A DNA stretch of 63,039 bases, counting the filler, from Conidiobolus incongruus B7586 (lineage: Eukaryota): assembly GCA_000697335.1 (NCBI GenBank). It is 21 parts of 21 records of this genome, joined end to end, with 100 filler letters (N's around TTAATTAATTAA, not from the genome) between each part and the next. Parts side by side here need not be neighbours in the genome. Positions count along the whole stretch, not along the records: positions 14,445 to 25,914 come from JNEM01006903.1; positions 26,015 to 27,324 come from JNEM01006905.1; positions 27,425 to 28,891 come from JNEM01006906.1; positions 28,992 to 30,599 come from JNEM01006907.1; positions 30,700 to 32,365 come from JNEM01006908.1; positions 32,466 to 33,766 come from JNEM01006909.1; positions 33,867 to 38,766 come from JNEM01006910.1; 14 more parts are not named here. One strand, written 5' to 3'. Under the pieces are notes generated by a model. The model searched no databases. It saw nothing but the letters and a program-made list of their open reading frames with translations, and was not told the DNA's origin. Positions 22,333-36,501 of the stretch are shown piece by piece. Each line of letters opens with the position of its first letter. The stretch's first letter is position 1. A program made the position numbers and the translations under genes.

Positions 22333-24848
22333 CTGATCTTTTATCTAGCCAGAGAGATAGAAATATATAAATATCATGATAGATATTATGAAAATAAAAA
22401 TATCTATTTTATAATGATTATTTCCAATATTGTTGAATATATTAAAAAATTATTTAATACTCAATTATAATATCCTTTTTTGCTATTATGAATATATTTA
22501 GTTTGATTTCATTTTCATATTCACTCCAAAATTGATTGAAAAATAATTATATATATTACTCAACCAATTGAATATTAACTAATCAGATTTCATAATGGAT
22601 AAAGCAAATAAATACTAACTTTTATGCATATAATATACTTTTTTAATATTAATTGGTAATATTTTAATGAATTATTTATTATATTAAAAAATGATTAAAA
22701 TATGAAAATAAAATGAAATTTGTAAATTTAATTTTAATTAAAAAATAAGTAATAATATAGTTATTAGGATATTGAAATATATATTTATTTTATTCATTAC
22801 TTTTATTTCTAATTTTATTAACTATCTATTTTTAATATCAAGCAATAATAAATATGAATATAAGCATTTTTGTACAAATTTTGCTGATTCATTAATATCA
22901 CATTATGGGACACTTTATATCTTATTATTAACTACTCGATTAATGATCAAGAAAACAAATTTTTATAATGAGCTAAAGAAAAACTTGTTACTTTAAGTAA
23001 ATCCAGTCTCTTGATAATTTGACTGATTGTACAAATTACAGAAAATACTTATATTTGAAATAAATTTGATTGAACTGAATTTTTCAATATTGAGTTTAAA
23101 TTCTTTAAATCAGCTCATATTCTCAATTCACGATATTTTATAGAATTTGTAATTATTTTGTTTCAATATATATTATTAATAAACCACTAATATAAACTTA
23201 TCAAAATTTAATTTTTAAAAAAACTATAACTAATTTGAAAATTTGTTATTTTCATTCAAAATATTCGAAATTATAGAATAATAACATTTGACTGGTTATT
23301 CTGAGTATCCACCTATTCTGACAATAACAGCTTTTATCACTTGTCATTTTTTAAGCTGGATAATAACCATCCTATTACGTTCATTAATACAATTATTGTT
23401 TGTACTTTTGTAGCAAATCATATAACTTAATAAGCTCTAAAACGTCACTTTTTAATAAACAAAATTAGAATATTTTTATAAATTTATCTAAAATATTGTT
23501 TTTTAATTATTTAACTTGATAATCTTAACTTGAGAGTGAATGCTGAAATAATAAAAAATTGAATGTTATTAAATTAAAAATATAAATTTAATAAAATAAT
23601 AATCTAATATAACTATAATGATTTCATTCAAATTTAGAAAATAAAAAGAAAATTTTATTTTATCACAAATAAATAATTTAATTGGATAATACCTAAAAAA
23701 TAAATTATCAATATATCAATATTTTAAATTGAAAATAAAATGATTCAATTAAATATATCTTACAAATGATATCATTTCACTAATTGAATTCATAATATAC
23801 TCTATTCAAAAAAATAATGTAAAATGTTTTAAAATTAATATTGTAAATGATATCATTTTAGTTTGAATATTTGTTTGATATGTATTATCTTTTTATTGAT
23901 TATATTTTACGTAATTTTTAAAATTATTTTTAATTTAATATGATTATTTGTTAAAATATCTAGTCTAAATTCTTATTTGAAAATTCATTAACATTTTATG
24001 TTATTCAATCAATATCAAATAAATAAAATGATAATATATAATAAATCGAGTTGTTATCACTTTATCAACATAATTAGCTTAATTTTATTATATATTTCAA
24101 AACAATATCACTATACTTTGATATAATAAAATTTTCGAATTTTGCTACAGATATTTAAGGGTCAATTGAAAAAAAGCGCGATAGTAATTATCAATAAAGA
24201 TTAATCACATCATACCTCTCAATCAATACAAGAGTTCACGATAATTAAAGTTTACATCTAAAGTTCATTTTCATAGGAATCTTTAAGATAGAAAGCTTTA
24301 ATTATATATCACCGAGTTACTAAGAATATTGTTTCATTAATTCTGATTAGTGTTCCACTATAAGAATTGAAACAGATTTTAGTTTCGCTTATTATATTTT
24401 TTAGTTGAAATTTCAAGATATTGTATTTATTTAATTTAATAACATATATATTTCAATGAAAAATTTAATTTTTAATGTTATATAATTTAGTTATTTTAAA
24501 TATATTGATATCTATGATTATGTTATTATAAAATAAAAAATATACATTTCATATATATATATATATATTTATAATATTTTATAATTAGTTGAAAATTCTT
24601 ATCAAATAAAAAAATTCAACGGGTAATTATTAAATAATATTTGTATTGAATCTGTTTAATAGCCATCATTTCATAAATATATTATATTATATTTTGTATC
24701 ATATTCAATAAATATACTTAATGATATATGTAATCATTTTATTTGTAATTTTTAAATCAAATTTAATATTTAATTAAGTTTATAAGATATAATTTATTAT
24801 TTTAGATTTTAAGTAATAAGACTTTTTTCAAATTAAATAAAAGTAAAT

Positions 24849-25167
24849 TGTATTATCCTAGTGCTGGAAACTAGGATAATTGTATTGAATTAAGTTGGAT
24901 TATTGGTAAGTGATAGGATTAGAATATAGTTATGGAGTTTTATTGGAAATCTTTGATAGAGACTTAGTGTTATAGCTAGGTAATTGGGTAGGTTGATGAA
25001 TGAATAGACAGATAGATAGGTAGGTAAATAGATCTCTGTTGTATTTTCTCTCCTCTATACTGGGATGAGAATGGATCAATTTAAGGGAAAGTAGGATAAG
25101 AGGTAAATTATGGGTAAACTAACATAAAAGGTAAATATATATGGATTAATTGGATAGATATGTGATA
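24849..25167. mobile_element. Solo LTR, 319 bp, partly mutated
   Basis: G-skewed island starting TGTA and ending GTGATA (GTGACA with C->T), flanked by the 5-bp direct repeat TAAAT (24844-24848 and 25168-25172). Confidence 0.7.
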
Positions 25168-25199
25168 TAAATATATTAATTTATAAATTGAAAAAATTG

Positions 25200-25914
25200 A
25201 TATATAATAAAAAAATTAATATTGCATCATATTTTATTTAATAAGATTTTTTTAAAATTAAAAAAATATTATAATATATAAAGTTTAAAAATAATAATAT
25301 AATATTAAATTAATAATCCTATTTATTTTTAATAATTTTTTGCCATATTTTAGTAAATATAATATTAAAAAATTTTTCTTTTATTAAAAAATAAAATTTA
25401 ATATTTTAAAAACTAATTAAATTATAATTGTAGAAATTTTTTATAAGCCAATTTTTTTAATTTTTTAAAAGAATTATAAGTATATAGGTTAAAATTTTGG
25501 TAATATATTAAATATAATAATCTTTCAAATTATTTTTGATTAGAAAATTTTTTTATAGTTTTAAATATAATTATTATATAATTATTATATAAAAACTAAT
25601 TTTAAATTATATTAAAAATATTAATTAAAAATAATTCTATTTAAAAATATAATTTAAAATATATTATTAATTGATTTTCTTTTTAAAACTAAAAATAATT
25701 AAAGTTTTTTATTATACTATATTATAATAGTCAATAATATTTTATAAATATATTTATTATTTAAGATTTAAGATTTAAGATTTATTGATTTTAATAATTT
25801 ATTTTAAAAATTTTAATTATTATTTATTTTTTAATAGGCTTTATTTAGCAATATCTAATTTTTTTCAGTTTTAATTAAAATATATAATATTTATTTTGTA
25901 TTTTAATTTATTAA
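25200..25914 (-). mobile_element. Highly degenerate mariner 3' relic
   Basis: Patchy similarity to 34170-34420 and 38370-38600. A YSP-like motif and LxKxWQK-like end are readable on the minus strand. Confidence 0.4.
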
Positions 25915-26014
25915 NNNNNNNNNNNNNNNNNNNNNNNNNNNNNNNNNNNNNNNNNNNNTTAATTAATTAANNNNNNNNNNNNNNNNNNNNNNNNNNNNNN
26001 NNNNNNNNNNNNNN

Positions 26015-27324
26015 AATTAAAATCTATTATATTTATTAATAATATATATCATTATATGATGATATTTAGCTATTAATTGGTTAAAATATAAACACTTAAA
26101 TTTTACCTAAGGTAAGTTATAAATTTGTAGGTTTTTGATGATAAAAAAATTAAAACTTAGTGTATTTACCATTAGCGTTTCTAACTTCTTTAAGTTTGTA
26201 GGGTATAGAATCAATTAACTTCTTATACTAAAAAAAGTTAATCTTGTTCTATACTTCTTAAACATATTCTTAAAATTGATTTAAATTTTTTACTAAGGGG
26301 AAAATTTTAATAACTTTTTTTAACTAATCCCAAAAGTATTTAATTAGGTTAAAGTTAAAAAATTAAAAAATCTACTTTATAACTATTATCTTGTTATTTT
26401 TAAGCTATTTGGTAATAAAAGCTATAGTATAATAAAAGGTATTATCTTACTAGAAAATAACATCAGATTTATTTAACCTATATTATTTAATAGTTTTTTT
26501 CAATTCATTGTTTAGAATATTTTAATATATTTTAGTATTAATTCCCCTATTAACTTTACAAAGATATTTTACACTTAAAAACAATATACATCCCTAAACA
26601 ATAATTAACCTATTATTGTACTTTTGGGTAAAATTAACATAATAGTTAAAGTAATTCTATATCTTTTCTAAAGTATCTAGCTTTTTTATTAAATCTACTA
26701 AAATATATTTTTGTTTCATTACACTAAATAACCTTATTCTAATTAATTTCAATTTAATATTAATAGTGACATTTAAACTCTTACCTAGTTTTATAATAGG
26801 ATTTCTTTAATTAAAGGTGTTTTTTCTTAAGATGTAAGTGGTATCTATGTTAATATAAAACACATATAATAATATCAATGCTAATTAATATTCTTGTATA
26901 GTTTTATAGTTCCTGTTGTATTTTTATAATAATACTATATTTGCCTATATTAACTAACCTACAAATATACTTCTTATCATGTTTATCTATAAATTTAATA
27001 CATTTAAGTTTAAATGTGTTTTTATTGTTATTCTTAACAACTTTAATTATAATAAACTAGCTAACACTAGTAATTCTAACAATATCATAAGTTGATTTAC
27101 TATTTTTATAAAGTTAATTAATACATAAGTAAATTTTTTTAGAGAGGAATTTAAGTATAATAATACTAATAAAAAAATTTAGTATATTTGTAAAATATTA
27201 TATAAAATAATAACAAAGAGTGAAAAAAGATATAGTTATATATTATTAAATATATTCCTTTATCTCAAAAACCTATAAATTTATAACTTACTTTAGTTAA
27301 ATATTAAAGGTTAATATTTTAACT
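26015..27324 (-). mobile_element. Dead Tc1 copy, subfamily 1, both ends lost in gaps
   Basis: Colinear with 59476-61048; inner repeats present at both ends. Confidence 0.92.
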
Positions 27325-27424
27325 NNNNNNNNNNNNNNNNNNNNNNNNNNNNNNNNNNNNNNNNNNNNTTAATTAATTAANNNNNNNNNNNNNNNNNNNN
27401 NNNNNNNNNNNNNNNNNNNNNNNN

Positions 27425-28891
27425 TACTAATAACTTGATTAATATTTAATAAAATAAATCTAAATTAAATAATTAAAATCTATTATATTTATTAATTTTA
27501 TATATTATTAAATGATGATATTTAGCTATTAATTGATTAAAATATAAACCTTTAAATTTTACTTAGGGTGAGTTTTAAATTTATAGGTTTTTGATGATAA
27601 AAAAAATTAAAACTTAGTGTATCTAATTTTAACTTTTTTAACTTCTTTAAGTTTGTAGGGTATAGAATCAATTAACTTCTTATACTAAAAAAAGTTAATC
27701 TTGTTCTATACTTCTTAAACATATTTTTAAAATTGATTTAAATTTTTATCTAGGGGGAAAACTTTAATAACTTTTTTTAAATTAATCCTAAAGGTGTTTA
27801 ATTAGATTAAAGTTAAAAGATTAAAAAAGTCACTTCATAACTATTATCTTGTTATTTTTAAGCTATTTGGTAGTAGAAGATATAGTATAATAAAAGGTAT
27901 TATCTTATTAGAAAATAATATTAGATTTATTTAACCTATATTATTTAATGGTTTTATTTAATTTTTTGTTTAGAATACTTTAGTACATTTTAATATTAAT
28001 TCCCTTATTAACTTTACAAAGATACCTTATACCTAAAAACAACATATATCCCTAAACAATAATTAACCTATTATTGTACTTTTAGGTAAAATTAATATAA
28101 TAGTTGTAAAGTAGTTTTGTATCTTTTTTAAAGCATCTAACTTTTTTATTAAATTTACTAAAATATATTTTTATTTCATTAAATTAAATAACCTTACTCT
28201 AATTAGTTTTAGTTTAATTTTAATAGTGATATTTAAACTTTTACCTAGTTTTATAGTAGGATTTCTTTAATTAAAAGTGTTTTTTCTTAAGATGTAAGTG
28301 GTATCTATGTTAATATAAAGCACATATAATAGTATTAGTGCTAATTAATATTCTTGTATAGTTTTATAGTTCCTGATATATTTCTACAATAACACTATAC
28401 TTACCTATATTAACCAACCTATAAATATACTTCTCATTATATTTATCTATAATTTTAACACATTTAAGTTTAAATTTAAAAGTTTCTTTATTGTTATTTT
28501 TAACAGCTTTAGTTATAATAAACTAACTAACATTAGTAATTCTAATAATATCATAAATTAATTTACTATTTTTATAAAGTTGATTAATGTATAAATAGAT
28601 TTTTTTAAAAAGGGATTTAGGTATAATAATGTTAAAAAAAATTTAGTATATTTATAAAATATTATATAAAATAATAACAAAGAGAGAAAAAAGATATGGT
28701 TATATATTGTTAAATATATCCCTTTATCTCAAAAACCTGTAAATTTATAACTCACCTTAGTTAAATATTAAGGGTTAATATTTTTGCTAATAGTTTACTA
28801 TATATATTAAAATATATTTATTTACTATTAAATAATATACCTTAACTATATAATATAATTTTAAATAATCTAATATATACAATTCTTTTAG
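27425..28891 (-). mobile_element. Dead Tc1 copy, subfamily 1, outer TIRs lost in gaps
   Basis: Colinear with 59476-61048. Confidence 0.92.
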
Positions 28892-28991
28892 NNNNNNNNN
28901 NNNNNNNNNNNNNNNNNNNNNNNNNNNNNNNNNNNTTAATTAATTAANNNNNNNNNNNNNNNNNNNNNNNNNNNNNNNNNNNNNNNNNNNN

Positions 28992-30550
28992 ATATAAGTA
29001 AGTTATAAAATCAAATATATATATATTTTAATTAATAACTAAAACAATTATATATATTAATTTACTTGAAATTATAATATATAATCAAGATATATTATTT
29101 AATTGTAAATAAATATATTTAAATATATTTAGTAAACTATTAGCAAAAATATTAACCTTTAATATTTAACTAAGGTGAGTTAAAAATTTACAAGTTTTTA
29201 AGATAAAGGGATATATTTAACAATATATAACTATATTTTTTTTCTCTCTTTGCTATTATTTTATATAATATTTTATAGATATATTAAATTTTTTTTAATA
29301 TTATTATACTTAAATCCCTCTTTAAAAAAATCTACTTATGTATTAATCAACTTTATAAAAAAAGTAAATCAACTTATAATATTACTAGAATTACTAGTGT
29401 TAGTTAGTTTACTATAGTTAAAACTGTTAAAAATAGCAATAAAAACACATTTAAACTTAAACTTAAATGAATTAAAATTATAGATAAACATAATAAGAAA
29501 TATATTTGTAGGTAGGTTAATAGAGGTAAATGTGATACTATTGTAGAAATATAACAAGAACTATAAAATTATATAAGAATATTAGTTAACACTAATATTA
29601 TTATATATATTTTATATTAACATAGATACCACTTAAACTTTAAGAAAAAATACTTTTAACTAAAGAAATCTTATTGTAAATTTAAACAAGAGTTTAAATG
29701 TCAATACTAATATTAAACTAAAATTAAATAAAGTAAAGTTATTTAGTTTAATGAAACAAAAATATACTTTAATGGATTTAATAGAAAAACTAGATATTTT
29801 AGAAAAAATATAAAACTACTTTATAACTATTATGTTAATTTTACCTAAAAATATAATGGTAAGTTGATTATTATTTAAAAATATATATTATCTTCAAGTG
29901 TAGGATATTTTTATTAAGTTAATAAGGGAATTAATATTAAAATATACTAAAGTATTCTAAATAATAAATTAAAAAAGAATATTGAATAATATAAGTTAAA
30001 TAAATTTGATGTTATTTTCTAGTAAGATAATGTTATTTATTATACTATAACTTCTACTACCAAATAACTTAAAAATAACAAGATAATAGTTATAAAGTAG
30101 CTTTTTTAATTTCTTAACCTTAACCTAATTAAACACCTTTAGGATTAATTAAAAATAATATTAAAGTTTTCCCCCTAATAAAAAATTTAGATCAACTTTA
30201 AAAATATGTTCAAGAAGTATAGAACAAGATTAACCCTTCTTAGTATAAGAAGTTTATTGATTTTATACCCCACAAACTTAAAGAAGTTAGAAAAGCTAAA
30301 GGTAGATACACTAAGTTGTAATTTTTTTTATCACCAAAAACCTACAAATTTATAACTTATCTTAAGTAAAATTTAAATATTTATATTATAACCAATTAAT
30401 AGCTAAATATCATCATATAATGATATATAATATTAATAAATATAATAGATTTTAATTATTTAATTTAAGTTTATTTTATTAAATATTAATTAAGTTATTA
30501 GTAAAAATATAAGTGTTTTTGATTTTATTACTTATTTTTATAGGTTATTG
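28992..30550 (+). mobile_element. Nearly full-length dead Tc1 copy, subfamily 1
   Basis: Begins inside the left TIR (AAGTAAGTTATAAAATCAAA) and ends ...TTTTTATAGGTTATTG-TA. Confidence 0.92.
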
Positions 30551-30699
30551 TATAATTTTTATATTAATATAGATTATATTTATATTTTAAATAAACCATN
30601 NNNNNNNNNNNNNNNNNNNNNNNNNNNNNNNNNNNNNNNNNNNTTAATTAATTAANNNNNNNNNNNNNNNNNNNNNNNNNNNNNNNNNNNNNNNNNNNN

Positions 30700-31450
30700 A
30701 GAAGAAATAGTTTTAATTAAAAAACTTCTTTGATTAAGTTAAATAAAATTTAAATATCATTATTAAAGTTATATCAACCTTAATTAAAATACATCTATTT
30801 AATTTGATAAAATACTTAATATTTTAAAAAAATAAACAATTTTTTATAAATATTTTTTTATTTTAATTAAAAAATATAATAATAGATTAATTATAATTAA
30901 ATAATATATATTACTCTTAATTATTTAATATCTCTTCAAGGTTAATAAAGGAATTGATATTAAAATATATTAAAATTTTTTAAATAATAATTTGATAGAA
31001 ATTATTGAATTATATTAATTAAACAAATCTAATATTATTTTTTAGTAAGATAATCCCTTTTGTTATATTATAGTTTCTACTACCAAATAGCTTAAAAATA
31101 ACAAGATAATAGTTATAAAATAACCTTTTCAATCTTATAATTTAAATTTAAATAAATATTTTTAGGATTATTAAAAAAAAGCTATTAATTCTTTCCTTTT
31201 AATGAAAATTTAGATTAGCTTTAAGAATATATTTAAGAAAAATAGAATAAAATTAACTTTTTTTAGTATAAAAAGTTAATTGATTCTATACCCAATAAAC
31301 TTAAAAAAACTAGATAAGTTAAAGATAGATAAAATAAGTTTTAATTTTATTTAACATCAAAAACCTATAAATTTATAACTTATTTTAGGTAAAATTTAAA
31401 GATTTATATTTTAATCAATTAATAACTAAATACCATCATTTAATGATATA
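30700..31450 (+). mobile_element. Older Tc1 copy (3' part), interrupted at a TA by the next element
   Basis: Degenerate DDE region and 3' inner repeat; stops at ...AATGATATA directly before a new TIR. Confidence 0.85.
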
Positions 31451-33766
31451 CACTAACCTATAAAAATAAGTTATAAAGTTAAAATTACTTATATATTTAC
31501 TTATATCTTAAATAATTCTTAATTAGATAAATTTAAATTAAAATATATAATTTATCTATATTAGTTAATTATAATTAACTATATTGGATTATATTTTATT
31601 AATTATTAGTTAATATTTCAAAACCTAAAATTAACTAAGGTGAATTATAAATTTATAGGTTTATATATTAAAATTGTATAAATAACAAAATTTATATATA
31701 TCTTTTTTTTCTCTTGTTATATTATATATATTATAAAACTATTAAGATAATATTATAATATTAATATTATAATGCTTAAATCTCTCTCTAAAAAAGTTTA
31801 TTTATATATTAATCAACTTTATAATGAAAAAAAATTAACTTATAAGATTAATAGAATTATTAGTATTAGTTAATCTACTCTAGCTAAGGTTATTAAGAAT
31901 AATGTTAAAAAAACACTTAAATTAAAACTTAAGTATGTTAAAATTATAAATAAACATAACAAAAAGTATATTTATAAATTAGTTAATATAAGTAAGTGTA
32001 ATACTTTTATAGAAATATAATAAAAATTATAAAACTATATAAGAATATTAGTTAATATTAATATTATTATACACTGACCTGCAAAAGTAAGTTATAAAAT
32101 CAAAAATATATATATATTAATTAATAACTAAAACAATTGTATATATTAGATTACTTGAAACTATAATATATAATTAAGGTATATTATTTAATAATAGATA
32201 AATATATTTAGATATATTTAGTAAACTATTAGCAAAAATATTAACCTTTAATATTTAACCAAGGTGAGTCATAAATTTGTGGGTTTTTGAGATAAGGGGA
32301 TATATTTAACAATATATAACCATATCTTTTTTCTCTCTTTGCTATTATTTTATATAATATTTTATNNNNNNNNNNNNNNNNNNNNNNNNNNNNNNNNNNN
32401 NNNNNNNNNTTAATTAATTAANNNNNNNNNNNNNNNNNNNNNNNNNNNNNNNNNNNNNNNNNNNNAGTAGCTTCTTTAATCTCTTAACTTTAATCTAATT
32501 GAACACCTTTGGGATTAGTTAAAAAAAGCTATTAAAGCTTTCCCCCCAGCAAAAAATTTAGATCAACTTTAGGAATATGTTTAAGAAGCATAGAACAAGA
32601 TTAACCCTTCCTAGTGTAAGAAGTTAGTTGATTCTATACCCCACAGACTTAAAGAAGTTAGAAAAGCTAAAGGTGGATACACTAGGTTTTAATTTTTTTT
32701 ATCACCAAAAACCTGTAAATTTATGACTCACCTTAGGTAAAATTTAAGGGTTTATATTTTAACCAATTAATAGCTAAATATCATCATTTAATGATATATA
32801 TAACTAATAAATATAATAGATTTTAATTATTTAATTTAGGTTTATTTCATTAAATATTAATCAAGTTATTAGTAAAAATATAGGTATTTTTGATTTTATG
32901 ACTCACTTTTGCAGGTTAGTGTATATATATTATATTAAAATAAATATCACTTATATTTAAAAAAAACACCCTTAACTAAAAAAATCTTATATCAAAGCTA
33001 AATAAGAGTTTAAATGCTAACACTAAAGTTGAACTAAAATTAACTAAAGTAAAGTTATTTAGTTTGATGAAATAAAGATATATCTTAATAAATCTAATAG
33101 AAAAGCTAGATATTTCAAAAAAGATAAAGAATTATTTTATAACCATTATGTTATTATAACCCAAAAATATAATAATTGGTTAACTATAGTTTAGGTATAT
33201 ATATTATCTTGAGGTATAAAATATCTTGGTAAGGTTGTTAGGGGAATTAATACTAAGATATATTAAAGTATTTTAAATAATAAATTGAAAAAAACTATAT
33301 AGTAATATAAGTTAAATAAATCAAAAATTATTTTCCAATAAGATAATACCTCTTGTTATATTATAAACTCTATTATTAAATATCTTAAAAATAACAAAAT
33401 AACTATTATAAAATAATATCCTCAATCTTTTAATCTTAACCAATTAAATATCTTTAGGATTAATTAACAAAATTAATTAAAACTTTCCCTCTAGCAGAAA
33501 ATTTTAATTAACTTTATATATATATTTAAGAAGTTTAGAATAATATTAATTTTGCTTAATATAAAAAGCTAATTGATTTTATACCCTATAAACTTAAAAA
33601 AGTTAAAAAAGCAAAAGATGGATATATTAAATATTAATTTTTCTATTAATATTAAAATCTACAAATTTATAATTTATTTTAAGTATATTTTAGTTTAAAT
33701 ATATCAATTAATAATTAATTAAATTTAACTTTATATATTATATTATAAATAAAAAATATATATTAA
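31451..33766 (+). mobile_element. Tc1 subfamily 2 copy (31451-32071 plus 32922-33766), split by a younger insertion
   Basis: TIR CACTAACCTATAAAAATAAG at 31451. The transposase stops at ...ATTATTATA and resumes at the next consensus position after 32921. The 3' end matches 49030-49200. Confidence 0.88.
32072..32921 (+). mobile_element. Younger Tc1 subfamily 1 element; both ends present, middle missing in the gap 32366-32465
   Basis: TA-CACTGACCTGCAAAAGT... and ...ATGACTCACTTTTGCAGGTTAGTG-TA. Retains AATTGAACACCTTTGGGA (IEHLWD). Confidence 0.9.
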
Positions 33767-34069
33767 NNNNNNNNNNNNNNNNNNNNNNNNNNNNNNNNNN
33801 NNNNNNNNNNTTAATTAATTAANNNNNNNNNNNNNNNNNNNNNNNNNNNNNNNNNNNNNNNNNNNNATTTAATAATATATTATAATTAGGTGTATTAACT
33901 TTATATATTATATTTAATTGATTTATAATAATATTATAATATTATGTCAAATAATTTAAATATATTAATTTAATAAATAATAATAATTAAATTAAGATCT
34001 TTATAATAGATATATATTAGGGTAAAAAATATAGAAATATTATCTATATTTATATATTTTAAACTTAAA

Positions 34070-35385
34070 TTCATATTAATGCAAAAATTATATAATGGCA
34101 CAATTTTAAAATAAAAATTAAATAAATAAATCAATAAATAATATATAAAAATTAATGAATAATATAAAATTAATAGCCTTTTTTATTATTAATAACTTTT
34201 TTGATATCTTTAATAAGCTTTTAATACTTAAAGAGTAGTTTTTTCTATTAAAGACTAAAATTTGATATTTCACAAACCAATTTAATTTGTTTGCAAGAAT
34301 TCTTGTACTTAAAAGTTATTTTTTTAATTTTCTAAAACATTTATAATTATATAAGTTATAATCAAATAAATATAATAAATATAATAACTTTTTTAATTTT
34401 TTTATATAAAAAATATTTTATAGCTTTAATTTTATATATTTTGTAATTATTATGAAATATAATAAATATCTTTAATTTATATTAAAAACATTATTTAGAA
34501 ATTGTTTTATTTAAAAAAGTAATATATAATATATTATTAAATGATTTTCTTTGAGGTATTAAATAAAAAAACTATATACCATTATAATCTATTAAAATAA
34601 TTAATATTTACTTATATTTAAAATATTTATTCATTAGAATTTATAAAAGGGGTTAATTTAACTTAACTAAATATCTTGTTTTATTTTTAAATAAAGGATT
34701 ATATAAAAGCATTTAAGATTCATTAATTATAAGTATTTATTATAAAAACTTTTATTTTTAGTTATATCTTAATCATTTTAGTTTAGCTATAGCTACTCTA
34801 GTTATTTTATATTTTTGTTAAATTATAAGGTATCTATTTTATACTTTTATTAATTAATTTAAATTTAAATTGAAGTAAATATAATATGCTTATATAATTA
34901 ATATTAAATTGATTTAATAGTTCTTTAATACAAATAAAAAAAATATTTCTTAATATATTTTTTATTTTATTAATAAGTGAAAAAATAAAAGTAGAAATTA
35001 ATTTTTTAAATTTTAATAAATTTTAAATAATATCCCTTCTAGCTTTAAAATCATAAATCTAGTGATATATAGTAGTTTTAGATAAAACACCAACTTCATA
35101 AGTTGTTTGCAAGTTTTAAATGATTTTAGAGGGTTTATGGTTATGTTTTAAAAATAAAAAAATACAAGCTTTTTGATAATTATAATTTAATTTAAATATA
35201 ATTAAATTTAAGTGTAAATTTTAAAATCAAAATATTTCATTAAAAAAATATTTATAATTGAATATATATAGTTTGAAAATATTTATTTTCTTATATATTA
35301 TATATATATATAATCTTTTAAAATATATAATATATTTGAAAGATTAGAAATTATAAAATTTGCCATTTCTTAATTTCCATACTAA
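34070..35385 (-). mobile_element. Near full-length dead mariner-type element (about 1.3 kb)
   Basis: The minus strand gives an HTH relic KPSKII.NLQTTYEVGVLSKTT.YH(W)IYDFKA and a 3' end like GI.SL...I.N..GY. Similar copies at 16.2, 25.3 and 38.3 kb. Boundaries approximate. Confidence 0.65.
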
Positions 35386-36501
35386 TATTAAATCAATTCT
35401 TGGATAAAGTTTTATAAAGAATATTTAAGAAATGATTGCTTATTAAATAATTTTGATATAATATTTAAATTTTCCAAATTAATTATAGAAAATATAAATA
35501 TTTCAACTTATATTAAAATATATTGTGAAATAATTTTAAACTAAATAAAAATTAAATTTTATAAAATAAAAATTTAATGAACAAGAAATTCATTAAGCTA
35601 AAGTTTAAAATGGATTGAATTGAAAAATAATTAACTGAATTGTTAGATATAATTCTGTAAAATCTATAATTATTATTTTTATTATATTATTTGGATTAAA
35701 AAATATATACAAAGTTTTAAATCTTTTCAAATATAACTTATAATCCAATTTTTATTGTTTATAAGAAACTCAATGGATAATTTTTTAAAATATTTATTAA
35801 ATTTAAAATACTTGAATGTGAAAAATAAATATTTGAATTATTTTTTTGAATTAAGTTGTTATATCTGCAAAGTATTACATATGTGCTTTTAACTTGATTT
35901 AATATATAGTTTTTATAAATTAAGTTTATTTATTACAATATTTAAACTTTATTGAAAATCTCTCAGTCTTTATTATCCATTTTTTTGAATTTATAATTAA
36001 TAAAATGAGCTATATTTAATGAATATATTATACTTCTATCAAAATCATAGTACAACTTTTAAAATTGATTTCTATATCTTGTACATCTTAACAAGAAATC
36101 CCAGCTTCTATATAAATTTCCATTGTTTTTTCAATATTACAATCAAAACGAAAATCATTAAAAAATACCGTTGCGGAGTGACCAAAAATCCAACCAAAAT
36201 AATGAAATCATGAATTAAATCTTAATCAAATGGTATGGGGTATGCGAAAATTGGAAAGGGGACATTGGGAGTATAAATGGTGGCTTTTGAATGGATAATC
36301 AATCATTTTCATCCCATTTTTATCTTTAATTAAATTCGATTCTGAATCATATAAGAATTATTGGCATTTTGAAGTTTTTATTCTTTGTGTATTGATATAT
36401 TTCGTAATACTGTTATTTTTCAACTGGTTGTTATCATATTTTGGGGAGGTTAATAATTGCTGAGCAATAGTTTATATAAGGATTATATTTAGGATACAAC
36501 A

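Noticed and set aside
22772..22996. 74-aa ORF
   Set aside because: TTG start and F/I/N/K/Y-rich composition expected by chance in very AT-rich DNA.
36019..36213. 64-aa ORF upstream of the SH3 gene
   Set aside because: Low-complexity AT-driven composition; more likely promoter region.
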